Positions 17,076 to 25,640 of a DNA stretch of 41,322 nucleotides are shown here, in pieces. The notes below the pieces were generated by a model that saw only the letters and a program-made list of their open reading frames with translations, made no database searches and had not been told where the DNA came from. Origin of the DNA: a virus (Duplodnaviria > Caudoviricetes). The stretch lies in the IMG/VR virus record IMGVR_UViG_3300031473_000002, positions 1-41,322 of that record; one strand, given 5' to 3'. The position numbers were made by a program, and so were the translations under genes. Positions within the stretch are counted from its first letter, which is position 1; every line of letters starts with the position of its first letter.

Positions 17076-17410
17076 CGCCAAAGTGGAGCCGCGTCGGCTA
17101 CGGGGGATTCGTCGCGCTGTTGGTCGAAGCGTTGGAGGACGGTGGTGAAGGGGACGGTGGGGACCTCCTCGTCGGGTCGGATGGTGCCGACGCCGACGGT
17201 GATGAGGACCCAATAGCGGAGGCGGTGGGGGAGTCGCTTAGCGACCCGGCTGAGGGTGTCGTCTCGGAGGCGGGTGGCTCGCTCGGTGACGTGGTAGCGG
17301 GTGATGAGGTAGAGGCGGTCGTACCGGGTCAGGTGGGTTGTGTGGTAGCCGTGGCGGGCTTGGCAGGCGGTGTCGCGGCAGGGGCGGAGCCGGGTGGAGA
17401 GGGTGGTCAT
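17072..17410 (-). CDS. Hypothetical protein
   Basis: 112 aa, ATGA-coupled. Confidence 0.6.
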   Translation of the reverse strand: MTTLSTRLRPCRDTACQARHGYHTTHLTRYDRLYLITRYHVTERATRLRDDTLSRVAKRLPHRLRYWVLITVGVGTIRPDEEVPTVPFTTVLQRFDQQRDESPVADAAPLWR

Positions 17411-18054
17411 GCGTGGGCCTTCCTGGGGTGGCGGGTGAGGGCGCGCTCGACGGCTTTTACGATGACGCGGGCGTAGCGGTCTCGGATGTGGCGGGCGTTG
17501 TCTAGGGTGACGGCGTCGGGGCCGAGGGGGTCGATGGGGTCGGCGATGGTGGCGAGGGCTGAGCGGTGGCCGTTGGCTGAGCCGACGGGGAGCCCGGTGC
17601 GGGGTTTCACGTCGACGACGTCGCCGGGTGGGGCAGCCAGGGCGGTCAGGTGGCGGGGTTGCAGGGGGGCGCGGAGGGCGGTTCGGGTGTAGGTGTGGGC
17701 GCGGTGTTCGGCGACCGTCGGGGAGGCCGGGTCGGGTGGGGTGTCGACGTGGCCGGGTGGTCGGGTGACGTCGGCCGGGCCGGACAGGACGCCGGTGTGG
17801 CGGAGGTCGTCGCGGGCGGCTTCGAGGGCTTGCTGGCGGGCGTCACCGGGTGGGAGTTCGCTGGTGTAGCGGTGGGCGTGGGCTTCCAGGTAGAGCTCGA
17901 CGGCTCGGGCTATGACGGGGGCGGGTTGGGTGGTGAGGGCGGCGGCGCCGAGGATCAGGACGCCGAGGCCGTCGCAGAGTGGGCAGGTTCCGTCGACTAG
18001 GCCGCCGTATCGCCTAGAACAGGCAGGGCACGTTCTCCGGGGGAAGGTGGTCAC
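17407..18054 (-). CDS. Hypothetical protein with N-terminal Zn finger
   Basis: 'CPACSRRYGGLVDGTCPLCDG'; GTG start downstream of TACCAT. Confidence 0.6.
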   Translation of the reverse strand: MTTFPRRTCPACSRRYGGLVDGTCPLCDGLGVLILGAAALTTQPAPVIARAVELYLEAHAHRYTSELPPGDARQQALEAARDDLRHTGVLSGPADVTRPPGHVDTPPDPASPTVAEHRAHTYTRTALRAPLQPRHLTALAAPPGDVVDVKPRTGLPVGSANGHRSALATIADPIDPLGPDAVTLDNARHIRDRYARVIVKAVERALTRHPRKAHA

Positions 18055-18089
18055 GACGTTGGCGATGGTACGCGCCCGGGGAGCCGGGG

Positions 18090-18440
18090 TTAGACGAGTG
18101 TGAGCTCCTCGGCGCGTTGTCGGTAGGCGTCGGGGTCGGCGGCCGCGTCGATGCCGGTGAGGCGGGCTGGGGTGGTGGGCATGGCGGCGAGGGGTCCGTC
18201 GTTGGGGTGGATGTCGTCGAGGAGGCGGCGGATGGCGGCGACAGCGGGCGCCGGGTCGGCGGAGATGAGGGAGTCGATGACGGCGGCGTTGAGGTCGTCG
18301 ACGACGTCGGCGGGGCGGGTTCGGTCGGTGGCGCGGATGACGGAGGCCATGAGGAGGGCGGCTTCCTTGGGCGTGAGGGGTCGGCCCGTCGCCGCGAGGG
18401 CGGCGCGGACGGTGGGGATGACACCGGCGGGTTCGGCCAT
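18090..18440 (-). CDS. Hypothetical protein (probably leaderless)
   Basis: 116 aa; GTTCCACCG-N18-CACACT-N6-ATG upstream. Confidence 0.6.
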   Translation of the reverse strand: MAEPAGVIPTVRAALAATGRPLTPKEAALLMASVIRATDRTRPADVVDDLNAAVIDSLISADPAPAVAAIRRLLDDIHPNDGPLAAMPTTPARLTGIDAAADPDAYRQRAEELTLV

Positions 18441-18498
18441 GCACCTAGTGTGGCACGGCTTGGGGACAGGCGGTGGAACTAGCGGCGGCGTGGTGAGG

Positions 18499-18843
18499 TC
18501 ATGGGATGGTTCCGCCGGCGTCGAGCCACCCGAGGAGGGTGTCGACGTCGGCGTCGACCTCGTGGGGGTGGCGGGGTGGCTCGGTGGCGATGTCGGCGAG
18601 GGCGGTGGCGCGGCGCTCTCGGTCTCGGCGGAGGCGGATGAGGGCTCTGAGCGTGTCGCCTCGCTCGCCGATGCGGACCGGCCCGTGACCCATGTAGAGG
18701 CTCCGGTCGGCGGCGTCGACGACGGCCCGGAGTTCCCTAATGACGTCGGTGTGGTCTCTGTTCGACGCTGAGCGGAGGTCGATCCTGGGCATGTTCCACA
18801 GCCACAATCGGAGCTGTGTGAGTGGGGACAGGCGGAGCATCAC
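18499..18843 (-). CDS. Hypothetical protein
   Basis: RBS GGGAG; GTGA overlap with the clamp-like gene. Confidence 0.55.
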   Translation of the reverse strand: MMLRLSPLTQLRLWLWNMPRIDLRSASNRDHTDVIRELRAVVDAADRSLYMGHGPVRIGERGDTLRALIRLRRDRERRATALADIATEPPRHPHEVDADVDTLLGWLDAGGTIP

Positions 18844-19583
18844 GCTTCTCCCTTTCCCGGTGAGAGGGTCGCATCGGCCCGGTCCGGTTCGCCGGGCAGG
18901 GTCCACCGAATCGGCATCACCAACCCCGACACATGAGGGTCGGACTCCGGGTAGTCGACCGCCGCGACCTTCTCCGCCCCACCGAAGTCCCACACCAGCG
19001 GCCCGAAGCACCAGCGGCGGACCGCTGCGAGCCGGTGCAGGAACTCAGGATTGAACGCCAACCGGGTCGTCTTGACACTCTTGAAGCCCTCCACAAGCGC
19101 CCGCCACTGCGGGTAGTCAGCTTGCACCACCGGCAGATAGACCTCCTCCGTGTCGGGGACACTGAGCACCGCGAACACAGCCACCAACCCCGGCAACGTG
19201 TCCGGCACATTCGCCCCGGCGGGGGCTTTCACGTCGAACGTGACCTCAACCTCCAATGTGCCCGGTGGGAGGTCGTCGGTTTCCATCCGCTTCGCCAGCG
19301 TCATCACGTACCCGAGGAGCGACTTGGCTCGGCCGTCGAAGTCGGCGGCGACGATCGTGCGCTCCGGTGCTTCGTCGAGCGCCGGTTCGGCGGCGGTGGA
19401 CGTGTCAAGGGACGGCACCCACGCGGTGAGCAGCATGAACCGGTCGGTGGCGACCAGCCGCAACCCGTGGGTGTGTTCCTCGATGGCGATGGTTTTGGCG
19501 AGGACGGCGGTGTCGTCTTTGGCCGAGGACGCCTGGGCGACCGATAGCCAAGCGCGGGCGAACGTGGGCGCGTCAAGTCTCAT
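18840..19583 (-). CDS. DNA polymerase III beta-clamp-like protein (truncated, about two domains)
   Basis: 'LRLVATDRFML', 'ADYPQWRAL', 'LAFNPEFL', 'GLVMPIR' DnaN-like motifs; RBS AGGAG. Confidence 0.75.
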   Translation of the reverse strand: MRLDAPTFARAWLSVAQASSAKDDTAVLAKTIAIEEHTHGLRLVATDRFMLLTAWVPSLDTSTAAEPALDEAPERTIVAADFDGRAKSLLGYVMTLAKRMETDDLPPGTLEVEVTFDVKAPAGANVPDTLPGLVAVFAVLSVPDTEEVYLPVVQADYPQWRALVEGFKSVKTTRLAFNPEFLHRLAAVRRWCFGPLVWDFGGAEKVAAVDYPESDPHVSGLVMPIRWTLPGEPDRADATLSPGKGEA

Positions 19584-19767
19584 TATCTTCTCCTTCTTGC
19601 TGGCCAGGCCGGGGGACCGGTGGCAGGGGTGGGGTTTCGTCCTCATGGACGCAGGGGCAGCACCGGCTGAACAGTCCCCGCTGGGCGCACACACGGCACG
19701 GTGCGCCTCGGGAAACGTCAACACCGCATCCGGGGCACCGGACGATCCAATCAAACTCGGTTGTCAT
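19573..19767 (-). CDS. Hypothetical Cys-rich protein
   Basis: 64 aa, 'RCPGCG..CRVC..CCPC'. Confidence 0.5.
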   Translation of the reverse strand: MTTEFDWIVRCPGCGVDVSRGAPCRVCAQRGLFSRCCPCVHEDETPPLPPVPRPGQQEGEDNET

Positions 19768-20048
19768 AGCGCTGGGTGTCGGTCGGCCGGTTCGGGGCGG
19801 AGGATGATGCGGCCGACCGAGGCGAGTGGGATAAGTGTGGTGGCGCCGTCGACGTCGACGGCGACGTAGTCGGAGCCGACGCCGACGACCCGACCCTCAA
19901 CCCTGTTGGCTCCGATGTGGGTCTGTGCCCGGATGGCGTCCCATTTCGCCGCCGGGTAGTTGAGGTCGATGAGCACCCACGGCCGGTCATACACGTCGAC
20001 GGTCTCGATGATCTTCTCGATGAGGGTGGTGAGCATGTTGGTGGTCAT
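19764..20048 (-). CDS. Hypothetical protein, possible Sm/Hfq-like beta-barrel
   Basis: 'VEGRVVGVGSDYVAVDVDGATTLIPLASVGRI'. Confidence 0.55.
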   Translation of the reverse strand: MTTNMLTTLIEKIIETVDVYDRPWVLIDLNYPAAKWDAIRAQTHIGANRVEGRVVGVGSDYVAVDVDGATTLIPLASVGRIILRPEPADRHPAL

Positions 20049-20311
20049 GGGGTCCTCTTGGGTCGGGCGGTTCGGGTGGTGATGTGAAGTTCGACGCCGT
20101 ACCCGGCGGCGTAGCGGACGAGGCGGCCGATGGTGGGGTTGCCGCGGCCGTGTTCGAGCTCTAGCAGGGTCACGTCGGAGACACCGAGCTCCCGGGCGAG
20201 CTGTGCGCGTGTCCGCCCGGATCGGGTCCTGGCGGCGGCCAGGGCGCGGCCGACGTCGCCGGCGATGACGCGGACAGTGGCGTCGGTGCGGTCGGTGGCT
20301 TCGATGCTCAT
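20045..20311 (-). CDS. XRE-family HTH transcriptional regulator
   Basis: 'ARTRSGRTRAQLARELGVSDVTLLELEHGRGNPTIGRL'. Confidence 0.88.
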   Translation of the reverse strand: MSIEATDRTDATVRVIAGDVGRALAAARTRSGRTRAQLARELGVSDVTLLELEHGRGNPTIGRLVRYAAGYGVELHITTRTARPKRTP

Positions 20312-20871
20312 GCGTCGTTGGTTGCCAACGCACCGGCGTCGAGGGCGTCGAGTGCCTCATCGACGTCGACGCCGGTGGGGGCGTCCGGGTCATGGTCGCC
20401 CGGGTGCCCGGCGGGCAGGGCGCAGGGTTCGCCGCCGGTTTTCGCGTCGGCGGTGTTGCACAGGCCGTCATGGGTGGTTTCGGTGAGGACCGTTGGCTCT
20501 AGGCCAGCCAGCTCGGCGGCGGCCTGTGCCGCCGCCGAGGTTCCGTCGCCGCCGGCGGTGGCAGTGACGCGGGTCAGTAGGTCATCGGTGGCGACACCGT
20601 CGTCATCGTCGAGCTCCGCCACGGCGGGTCCGCTGGTCGAGTCGCCGCCTCCCATGAGGTCGCCGAGACGGTCGAGCTCGTCGGCGGTGGCGAGGAGGTC
20701 GATGACCTTGACGGCGCGGCCGCGGATGTCTTTGCCGGCTCGGCGGTCGGCGGCGAGCCCGGTGGCGGCGCGGATTCCGGCTCGGCGGCGGCGGTCAGCT
20801 TCGGCGCGGACAGCTTCGGCGGCGATGGTGGCTTGGTCGGGGGTCAGGCGGAACACGGTGGGGCCGGGCAT
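20308..20871 (-). CDS. Hypothetical protein
   Basis: 187 aa; contains 'CALPAGHPGDH'. Confidence 0.65.
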   Translation of the reverse strand: MPGPTVFRLTPDQATIAAEAVRAEADRRRRAGIRAATGLAADRRAGKDIRGRAVKVIDLLATADELDRLGDLMGGGDSTSGPAVAELDDDDGVATDDLLTRVTATAGGDGTSAAAQAAAELAGLEPTVLTETTHDGLCNTADAKTGGEPCALPAGHPGDHDPDAPTGVDVDEALDALDAGALATNDA

Positions 20872-21122
20872 TAGGTGGGCTCTCCTCGGGTTGGTTGGTG
20901 GCGGGGGGTGAAGCTGACTATGGCGTTCGCGTTGCCCGGTAGGGCGTCGATGAACATGACGGGGACGCCATAGATGAAACGGATTCCTTGAAGGCCGCCG
21001 CCAGGTACGTACGGGGGGACCTGGGCGGCCGCCGGCGGTGCGAGGAGGACTGTGACGGTGCCCGGTTCGGCGGCGGCTTTGGCGGCTTCGATGCCGGCGC
21101 TTATGTCTTGGATGAAGGTCAT
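20871..21122 (-). CDS. Hypothetical protein
   Basis: 83 aa, coupled overlaps. Confidence 0.55.
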   Translation of the reverse strand: MTFIQDISAGIEAAKAAAEPGTVTVLLAPPAAAQVPPYVPGGGLQGIRFIYGVPVMFIDALPGNANAIVSFTPRHQPTRGEPT

Positions 21123-21805
21123 GCGGTGGCCTCGCTGGGCTCGGCGGCGGTGGCTTCCTCGGCTTCGATGGCGGCGACCACTGCGGCCGCTTCGGCGTCG
21201 GCGGCCTCGATGGCGGCGCGTTTGCGGGCGGAGTCGAGGATCACGACGAGCCTGGGCGCCGGGTCGGGTGCCTTGGCGGTCACCCCGGGCAGGTCGAGGA
21301 CCTCACCCGGGTCGGGGGACAGTGTCCCGGTGGGGTCGGTGACGAGGACCTCCCGCTCGATTCGGACGTTGCCCTCACCGCTGTCGTCGACCTCCTTTTC
21401 GAGGACCTCGGTGCAGAGGCCGTCGAGGGCGGTGGTGGTCCACTTGGGGTCGACCGTGGCTGTTGTGGTGGTGACGTCGACCCCGGCGAACCCGAGTGCA
21501 CCGAGGGCGGCTTCGAGCTGGCCGGAGGGGACAGTGACGGTGGCGGTGACGGCGTCCGGGTGGCGTTGGGCAACCCAAGATGCCCACGCTTCGGGGTCGG
21601 TGACGGCGACCTGGGCTTCGGGGTTGGTGCCGTCGAGGCGGACCTTGCCGAGGGTCGCCTTCCAGCTCGGGGCGGCGTTGTCGGCCTTCCAGCGGCGGCG
21701 GGCTTCGGCTTCGAGGACGTCGCGGAGCCGGTCGACGCGGGCTTTGGCGGTGGCTTGGACGGCGGTGGCGTCCAAAAGGGCGTCGAGGTAGCGGTTGATG
21801 TTCAC
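21119..21805 (-). CDS. Hypothetical recombination-region protein (possibly Gam/Gp157-like)
   Basis: Coiled N-terminus, 'VAVTDPEAWASWVAQRHP', 'GEVLDLPGV'. Confidence 0.5.
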   Translation of the reverse strand: MNINRYLDALLDATAVQATAKARVDRLRDVLEAEARRRWKADNAAPSWKATLGKVRLDGTNPEAQVAVTDPEAWASWVAQRHPDAVTATVTVPSGQLEAALGALGFAGVDVTTTTATVDPKWTTTALDGLCTEVLEKEVDDSGEGNVRIEREVLVTDPTGTLSPDPGEVLDLPGVTAKAPDPAPRLVVILDSARKRAAIEAADAEAAAVVAAIEAEEATAAEPSEATA

Positions 21806-21843
21806 TCGGTGCCTTCCGGGGGTAGACGGGGTAGGTGGACAGG

Positions 21844-22380
21844 CTAGCGCATGACGTAGGGGCGGGGAAGCACACCGAAGGGCGGGTCGGCGTACACGCC
21901 GGCGACGCCGGCGATGTCGTATGCGGAGCGGGCGTGGCGGAGTTTCCCGGTGCCGACCTGCCGGAGGTTCGTTTCGCGGGCGCCGTGGAGCTCCGGCGGG
22001 TAGGCGACCAACGGTTTCCCGCCGTGGCCGCTGGGTGGGACCCGGATGGCGCCGCCCAAGGGGTCGGCGGCGGTGAGGACCGCTCCGAGGATGACACCGG
22101 TGCCGAGGAGTCCTTGGACGGAGACCATGCCCATGTGTGGGCTCGGTGGGTTGAGGTCCTCAACGGCGACGGTGCTGGGGACTCGGAGGCCGAGGCCGGC
22201 GAGGTTGCGGACCGCGTTGACGACAGCTCGACGGTAGCCGTCGGAGTTGGTGTAGTCGTTCCGGTCGAGCACGGCGAACTCGACGACGCCGCCGTCGGGG
22301 GACCGTAGGCACAGGCCGGTGAAGCGGCCACCCGGGTCGACGCCGAGGACGTGCGGGCGGTGGAGTCGTTGGGGTGTCAT
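21844..22380 (-). CDS. RuvC-like Holliday junction resolvase
   Basis: 'VLGVDPGGRFTGL', 'VAVED', 'HARSAYDIA'. Confidence 0.75.
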   Translation of the reverse strand: MTPQRLHRPHVLGVDPGGRFTGLCLRSPDGGVVEFAVLDRNDYTNSDGYRRAVVNAVRNLAGLGLRVPSTVAVEDLNPPSPHMGMVSVQGLLGTGVILGAVLTAADPLGGAIRVPPSGHGGKPLVAYPPELHGARETNLRQVGTGKLRHARSAYDIAGVAGVYADPPFGVLPRPYVMR

Positions 22381-22477
22381 CCACAATCTCTCTCGGTTTT
22401 GTGATGCCGACGCCCGACAGGTAGGCAGTACGGGATTGGGCAGCAGGGTTTCTAGTGGGGGTTGTCTTTACTTAGGG

Positions 22478-22885
22478 TTAGGGTGCCACTGTGGCGGGGG
22501 GTAGGGGTGCCACTCTGACGGGAGGGGGGGTGTCACTGTGGCGGGGGGTAGCGACCTTGGGGTTAGGTTCACCACCTTTTTCTCCACAGGTAATCCCCAA
22601 CGGTGTCCACAGGTACAGGTTGGGTCGGTGATGTTTCACCCGTCGCTCATCGGGGGACCCGTTGATGACCCGACGGATGACGCCGCGGCCTTCAAGCTCG
22701 ACGATGGCTCGCTGCACCGTCCGCTCCGATAGGCCAGTCCGGCGGATGAGTCGGCGGATGCTCGGCCAACACTCCCCGGTGTCATCGTTGACGGCGTCGG
22801 AGAGGATGAGTAGGACGTGGCGGGCGGTGGGGGACAGGTCGGTGGGGGCGTAGTCCATCGCCCAACGCATCGCGGAGATGCTCAA
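22478..22885 (-). CDS. Replication initiator-like winged-helix protein (HTH_36 type)
   Basis: 'LSPTARHVLLILSDAVNDDTGECWPSIRRLIRRTGLSERTVQRAIVELEGRGVI'; RBS GAGGAG before TTG. Confidence 0.82.
   Translation of the reverse strand: MSISAMRWAMDYAPTDLSPTARHVLLILSDAVNDDTGECWPSIRRLIRRTGLSERTVQRAIVELEGRGVIRRVINGSPDERRVKHHRPNLYLWTPLGITCGEKGGEPNPKVATPRHSDTPPPVRVAPLPPATVAP
22481..22611. other. Putative replication origin: iterons plus DnaA-box-like sites
   Basis: gggtgYcactgtggcggggggtag at 22481 and 22528, partial copy near 22504; TTCTCCACA 22580 and GTGTCCACA 22603. Confidence 0.65.
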
Positions 22886-22956
22886 CGGCGACTCCTCTCG
22901 GGGCGACACGGTCGACGTCGGACGGCGTCAACTTTGGGGCGACTAGGTTCGGGGGC

Positions 22957-23007
22957 GCGAGTCCGCCGGTGAGGAACGCTGGGGCGATAGGGCACCGGCG
23001 GACTCGC
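22957..23007. other. Intergenic stem-loop (15-bp perfect inverted repeat)
   Basis: gcgagtccgccggtg / caccggcggactcgc with a 21-nt loop, upstream of the initiator gene. Confidence 0.7.
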
Positions 23008-23022
23008 ATCTAGTCGGGGACA

Positions 23023-24123
23023 CTACGCCAGCGGTGACGGGGCGCCTCGGGGGTCACGCACGGCCACCGCGTGCGCCTCGACGTACCTGCCGGCGGCCAT
23101 GAGTAGCGAACCAAGTTCGACGACACCGGGTGCTTCGAGGAGTGCACGGTCCTGGTCGGTGAGGGCGTCGGTGACGAGGGTGCGGCGGCCGGTGTCGCCG
23201 GCTTTGCGGTACAGGTCACGGATTTCCTCGACGTCGTCCGATTCCAACGCGGCCACCGCGTAGTCCTCCGCCGTCACACCCTCGGGCGACTCTGTGGGCC
23301 GATCTGAGGGGTTGTCTTGTGTCGGTGGGGGGATCGGGTCACCCGGGCTCTGTTCGGCTGTGAGCGGCCCAGGGGGCGGCGGTGGCGGCTCATTTGGGGC
23401 CGGTGACGTTTCCACGACGACCGCATCGTGGATGTCGTCGGCTTTGGCGGCCTCAGCCTGAGATGGTTGCGCCGCCGGCGGCGGCGGGGTTGGGAGGTCA
23501 TCGGGGGTGACCGGCTCGCCGGCGTCGTTGACCTCCGCCCCGAGCTCCTCCGGGGTGTAGTGGACACCCATGAGGGCGTCCTCGGCGGCCTCCCGGCCAA
23601 TCTCGGTGATGACGCGGGCTTTGAGCATCGCCGCCGGGTATTTCTCCCATTGGGTCCGCTTGCCGCGTTCGGTGCGGGAATGGATGCGGCCGTCGACGAA
23701 GGTGAGCAGCTCGGCACGTTCGGCGTCTTGGAGGGTCCAATCGGCCCTGTAGGTGTAGTCGGGGTCGTCGACCCGTATCAAGGTGGCGACCGCTTTGATG
23801 GTGAGGTCGTCGAGGTTGCCTTCGGTCCACACCCGGAACTTGTGCCCGGCGCGACGGATGAGGGCGGAGATGAGTCCGGCGGAGGCGGACGGTTTGCCGT
23901 CGATGACGTGCATCCCGGTGATGGCGGTGACCGGTGCCACGTCGAGGGCTTTGGCGTACTCGACGGCAAACGCTAGGGCGGCCGGGTTGCCGCGGAACGC
24001 CGGGGGGAGGGCGCTGTTGGCGAGTCCCTTTGGGTTGTCGCCGCCGGCGAGGAGATGCGCGTATTGCCGGAGGCTGACGACATCTTTGGGTCCGTCGTAG
24101 CGGGTGAGTTGGACGCCGGTCAT
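23023..24123 (-). CDS. RecT-like ssDNA annealing protein
   Basis: 'PPAFRGNPAALAFAVEY..GMHVIDGKPSASA..LIRRAGHK..WEKYPAAMLKAR..GVHYTPEELG'. Confidence 0.85.
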   Translation of the reverse strand: MTGVQLTRYDGPKDVVSLRQYAHLLAGGDNPKGLANSALPPAFRGNPAALAFAVEYAKALDVAPVTAITGMHVIDGKPSASAGLISALIRRAGHKFRVWTEGNLDDLTIKAVATLIRVDDPDYTYRADWTLQDAERAELLTFVDGRIHSRTERGKRTQWEKYPAAMLKARVITEIGREAAEDALMGVHYTPEELGAEVNDAGEPVTPDDLPTPPPPAAQPSQAEAAKADDIHDAVVVETSPAPNEPPPPPPGPLTAEQSPGDPIPPPTQDNPSDRPTESPEGVTAEDYAVAALESDDVEEIRDLYRKAGDTGRRTLVTDALTDQDRALLEAPGVVELGSLLMAAGRYVEAHAVAVRDPRGAPSPLA

Positions 24124-24320
24124 CGTGACCTCTTGGTGAGCTGGGCGCCAGCGAGGAGTAGGCCGGCGGAGAGCGCGAACACCACGGCGATGACCCGGCC
24201 AGCGGTGGAGTCGTCGGAGACGGCGAGGAGAGCCGCGACACTGACCGCGGCCGCTGACACGACTAACGCCCAACCGGGCACATCATCGGGTGGGGGGGTG
24301 GGGTAGTGGGATGACCGCAT
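24120..24320 (-). CDS. Small membrane protein
   Basis: 66 aa, two hydrophobic segments; RBS GAGGAG. Confidence 0.6.
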   Translation of the reverse strand: MRSSHYPTPPPDDVPGWALVVSAAAVSVAALLAVSDDSTAGRVIAVVFALSAGLLLAGAQLTKRSR

Positions 24321-24370
24321 GAGGGGTTGCTCCTCGGGGTAGAGGGGGTAGGTGGTTGCTAGGCATGGAG

Positions 24371-24427
24371 CCTAACAGGAAGCACCGACGGTACGCCATA
24401 GATGACGCGACCGTCGGTGCTGTTGGG
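24371..24427 (-). terminator. Stem-loop ending the late/lysis operon
   Basis: agcaccgacggt (24381-24392) / accgtcggtgct (24410-24421), with outer pairing cctaaca/tgttggg; weak U tail. Confidence 0.6.
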
Positions 24428-24474
24428 TGTTGGCAGCCCGATCCCGATTTCGGGGACTCTACCTTGAGGAGGGT

Positions 24475-24699
24475 TTACCTGCCGGGCTTGGGGGCGACGA
24501 GGGCAAGGACCCCGGTTATGGACGCCACCGTGACCGTGTCGACCACCTGGGGCGACGGTATGCCCATCGCCGCCAACACGATGACCCCTACGACGCCGAT
24601 GACGGCGCACGCACCGACGATGTAGAGGGCGAGAGCGGAGGCGTCGCGGGGCGGGACGACGTCGCGGGTGGGTGGGTCAAGGGCGGGTTCACGGGTCAT
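24475..24699 (-). CDS. Holin-like membrane protein
   Basis: 74 aa, two hydrophobic segments, directly after the endolysin. Confidence 0.65.
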   Translation of the reverse strand: MTREPALDPPTRDVVPPRDASALALYIVGACAVIGVVGVIVLAAMGIPSPQVVDTVTVASITGVLALVAPKPGR

Positions 24700-25190
24700 G
24701 CGAGTTTCCTTTGCCATTCGGTGTACCGCTGCGCCATCTGCGCGGCGTAGGCGTCGGCGGCGGGGCCGCTGCCGTTGTAGCGGCGTGCCGCGTCGACCCA
24801 GTTCCCGTAGGTGTTGTAGTAGCCAGCGAGGATCTGTAGGCCGGTGAGCAGATTCACATAGGGCCGCCAACATCCCCCTTGGGCGTCGGCCTTGTCTTGT
24901 ATGGAGTAGTAAGTGAGCTGCACCGGCCCGCAGCCCTGCATCAGCCGGTTACCTGAGGCGATGCGCTCACGTTTGTACTCGGCGTAGTTGGCCTTTGTCA
25001 CAGCGCCTCTGCCGACAAAGATCGTAGGGTCCGAGCCCCACACATTGAGTCCCCCGGAACTTTCTTGCATGAGCAGGGATGCAGTTACATAGAACGGCAC
25101 CCCGGCCTTCTTGCTGGCACGGTAGGCGCGGACGGGGATCTTGATGCCGCCGCTGCGGGCCTTGGCGATCTGGGCGAGGGCAATGGTCAC
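24696..25190 (-). CDS. Endolysin, lysozyme/lytic transglycosylase (SLT-like) domain
   Basis: 'LLMQESSGG..GPVQLT..NLLTG..AARRYNG'. Confidence 0.82.
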   Translation of the reverse strand: MTIALAQIAKARSGGIKIPVRAYRASKKAGVPFYVTASLLMQESSGGLNVWGSDPTIFVGRGAVTKANYAEYKRERIASGNRLMQGCGPVQLTYYSIQDKADAQGGCWRPYVNLLTGLQILAGYYNTYGNWVDAARRYNGSGPAADAYAAQMAQRYTEWQRKLA

Positions 25191-25193
25191 TGC

Positions 25194-25640
25194 TCACTTC
25201 CCCTTACCGTCGAGCAGGTAGGGGATCGGGACGCCGTTGAGGTCGCGGCTGAAGCCGAGGATGCGGTGACCCCACACACCGGTGATGAACGCCGGGGTGA
25301 CGGGGGTGACCATTCCCGGTCGCCCTGTCGCATCGGTTTGCCAGAGGATGCGCTGCCCGTTCTGGAATCTGCCGCCGGCGAGGAATACGTGGCCGTACAG
25401 CGACCCGCCAGGGCGTTCGGAGAACACCGGAGCGCCAAACGGCCACTCATCAGGGTCAGCGGTGACCGTCTTGTGTTTCGCGGCTTCCCATGCCTCCTTG
25501 GCCGACTCGTAGTAGGGGTCGATGCCGAGACACTCACGGACGTTCTTGAGGCAGTACCCGACCTTGCCGAGGTAGTAGTCGGTCTCGTACCGCTTGCGCG
25601 CAAAGGCAGTGGACTGACGGGGTTGGGTGTTCACCATCAC
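25194..25640 (-). CDS. Endolysin, CHAP/NlpC-like cysteine peptidase
   Basis: 'GYCLKNVR..SAKEAW..PFGAPVF..YGHVFL'. Confidence 0.72.
   Translation of the reverse strand: MMVNTQPRQSTAFARKRYETDYYLGKVGYCLKNVRECLGIDPYYESAKEAWEAAKHKTVTADPDEWPFGAPVFSERPGGSLYGHVFLAGGRFQNGQRILWQTDATGRPGMVTPVTPAFITGVWGHRILGFSRDLNGVPIPYLLDGKGK

Noticed and set aside
22472-22480. TAA stop-codon reassignment to explain the short initiator
   Set aside because: TAA terminates other genes normally (capsid, sheath, tape measure, hub), and conserved genes lack internal TAA
22472-22483. TTAGGGTTAGGG as a telomeric repeat
   Set aside because: Only two units, internal, and within the origin-like region; probably coincidental
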